From an uncultured Pseudomonadota bacterium (lineage in GTDB: Bacteria; Pseudomonadota; Alphaproteobacteria; JACZXZ01), in contig CAVVLJ010000004.1 in assembly GCA_963749075.1 (NCBI GenBank), forward strand, positions 352,001 to 416,000: DNA of 64,000 nt, in the 5' to 3' direction. A program made the translations under genes and the position numbers. Under the pieces are notes generated by a model. It was given only the letters and a program-made list of their open reading frames with translations, was not told the origin of the DNA and did not search any database. Of this stretch, positions 62,756 to 64,000 are shown piece after piece. The first letter of the stretch is position 1. Every line of letters begins with the position of its first letter.

Positions 62756-62856
62756 ACCCCCCTCCCTACCCTCCCCCTCAAGGGGGGAGGGGAAATGTCG
62801 GAGGCCGCCATAAGCTACCCCCTCCCCCCTTGAGGGGGAGGGATGGGGTGGGGGGT
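62756..62856. repeat. REP-like family C inverted pair
   Basis: ACCCCCCTCCCTACCCTCCCCCTCAAGGGGGGAGGGG and CCCCCTCCCCCCTTGAGGGGGAGGGATGGGGTGGGGGGT. Confidence 0.8.
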
Positions 62857-62876
62857 AGAGCCGGCACCTCTACGAC

Positions 62877-63680
62877 ATGAAGGGCCGCGTTCTCATCGTC
62901 GCTGGCTCGGATTCCGGCGGCGGCGCCGGCATCGAGGCCAACATCAAGACGGTGACGGCGCTCGGCGGCTATGCCATGACCGCGGTGACGGCGCTCACCG
63001 CCCAAGATACAAGCGGCGTCCATGCCGTGCTGCCGACCGATCCCGCCTTCACGGCCCGCCAGATGGCGCTGGTGCTCGACGACATCGGCGCCGATGCGGT
63101 CAAGACCGGCATGCTGGTCGATGCCGCGATGATCGCGGCGGTGGCCGGCGTGCTGCAGGCGAAAGCGCCGGAGGTGCCTCTCGTCGTCGATCCGGTGATG
63201 GTGGCCAAGGGCGGCCGCCGGCTCCTCGACGCTGCCGCGGTCGCGGCACTCAAAGAGCTGCTTTGCGCGCGCGCGGCACTGGTGACGCCCAATATCCCGG
63301 AAGCGGAGGCGCTCTGCGGCCGGGCGATCACGGACGGCGCCGCGATGCGCGAGGCGGCGGTGCTGCTCCGCTCGCTCGGCTGCCGCGCGGTGCTGCTCAA
63401 GGGCGGCCATCTCGAAGGCCCGCGCGTCGTCGACCTCCTGGCGACCGCCGACGGCGTCGAGGCCATCGAGTATCCGCGCCTTGCGACACGGCACACCCAC
63501 GGCACCGGCTGCACGCTCGCCTCGGCGATCGCCACGGGCTTGGCCCAGGAGCTGCCGCTCGCCGCCGCAGTCGCCCGCGGACGCGCCTATCTCCAGGAGG
63601 CGATCCGCACCGCGCCCGGCTTCGGCCACGGCCAGGGGCCGCTCAACCACGGCCATACCGTGCGGGACTTTACGAGGTAA
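62877..63680 (+). CDS. thiD: Hydroxymethylpyrimidine/phosphomethylpyrimidine kinase
   Basis: AGSDSGGGAGI, KTGML, VVDPVM, TPN.PE, KGGH, THGTGCTL. Confidence 0.93.
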   Translation: MKGRVLIVAGSDSGGGAGIEANIKTVTALGGYAMTAVTALTAQDTSGVHAVLPTDPAFTARQMALVLDDIGADAVKTGMLVDAAMIAAVAGVLQAKAPEVPLVVDPVMVAKGGRRLLDAAAVAALKELLCARAALVTPNIPEAEALCGRAITDGAAMREAAVLLRSLGCRAVLLKGGHLEGPRVVDLLATADGVEAIEYPRLATRHTHGTGCTLASAIATGLAQELPLAAAVARGRAYLQEAIRTAPGFGHGQGPLNHGHTVRDFTR

Positions 63681-63695
63681 GGAGCTTCGCGAGGG

Positions 63696-64000
63696 TTACA
63701 CCACGGCGAGGCGGGGCTCCGGAGCCGCGGCGAGGAGAGCCGCCAGGCGCTCGAGCGCCGTCTCGAGGTGCGCCTCGCTCTCGACCGCGGCGAGGCAGAG
63801 CCGCACCGCGTGGGGTGCGGTGGCCCGACCGGTGACGAAGAGGTCCGGCGGCGTCACGCGCACGCCGCGAAGCTCGGCGGCGGCCGCGAAATCGCTCCAG
63901 CGCCACGGCTCCGGCAGATGCAGCCAGAGATGGAAGCTCGCCGGATGGCTCTCCATCGCGAAGCCCGCGAGATGACGCGCCGCGAGCGTCTGGCGCCGCT
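63696..64000 (-). CDS. C-terminal part of a MocR/GntR-type PLP-dependent aminotransferase-domain protein (partial)
   Basis: FHLWL.LP..W, GV.V.P...F, AVRLCL; runs off the window end. Confidence 0.7.
   Translation of the reverse strand, partial: RRQTLAARHLAGFAMESHPASFHLWLHLPEPWRWSDFAAAAELRGVRVTPPDLFVTGRATAPHAVRLCLAAVESEAHLETALERLAALLAAAPEPRLAVV

Overview
High-GC (about 70%) alphaproteobacterial chromosome segment, Rhodospirillales-like by gene content and order. Core blocks: acyl-CoA ligases/prpE/frmA, trcR, metY, ibpA-rpmE, a motA/motB-like pair plus an OmpA-family gene, suhB-efp-epmB/epmA, thiE-fbaB, gap-tkt, zapA-6S RNA-ygfA-ymdB, yebC-ruvCAB-ybgC-tolQRAB-pal-cpoB-tilS-ftsH-folP, glmM-thiD. 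Accessory DNA sits between them: five toxin-antitoxin (TA)-type loci (two with damaged toxins), IS630 remnants next to a GIY-YIG nuclease gene, a Csu-type chaperone-usher pilus cluster where pgk usually lies, and a 1.4-kb AAA+ ATPase cassette flanked by a 160-bp duplication of the ymdB 3' end. There are three REP-like repeat families, a MITE nested in one REP, and two candidate regulatory RNAs upstream of metY. The best novelty candidate is the self-contained two-gene module at 28.5-29.3 kb: an unclassified 111-aa protein plus an HTH protein, with a palindromic operator. Four single-base +1 frameshifts in G/C runs look like sequencing errors. No CRISPR array, tRNA or rRNA was seen. All family calls come from motif recognition, not database searches.
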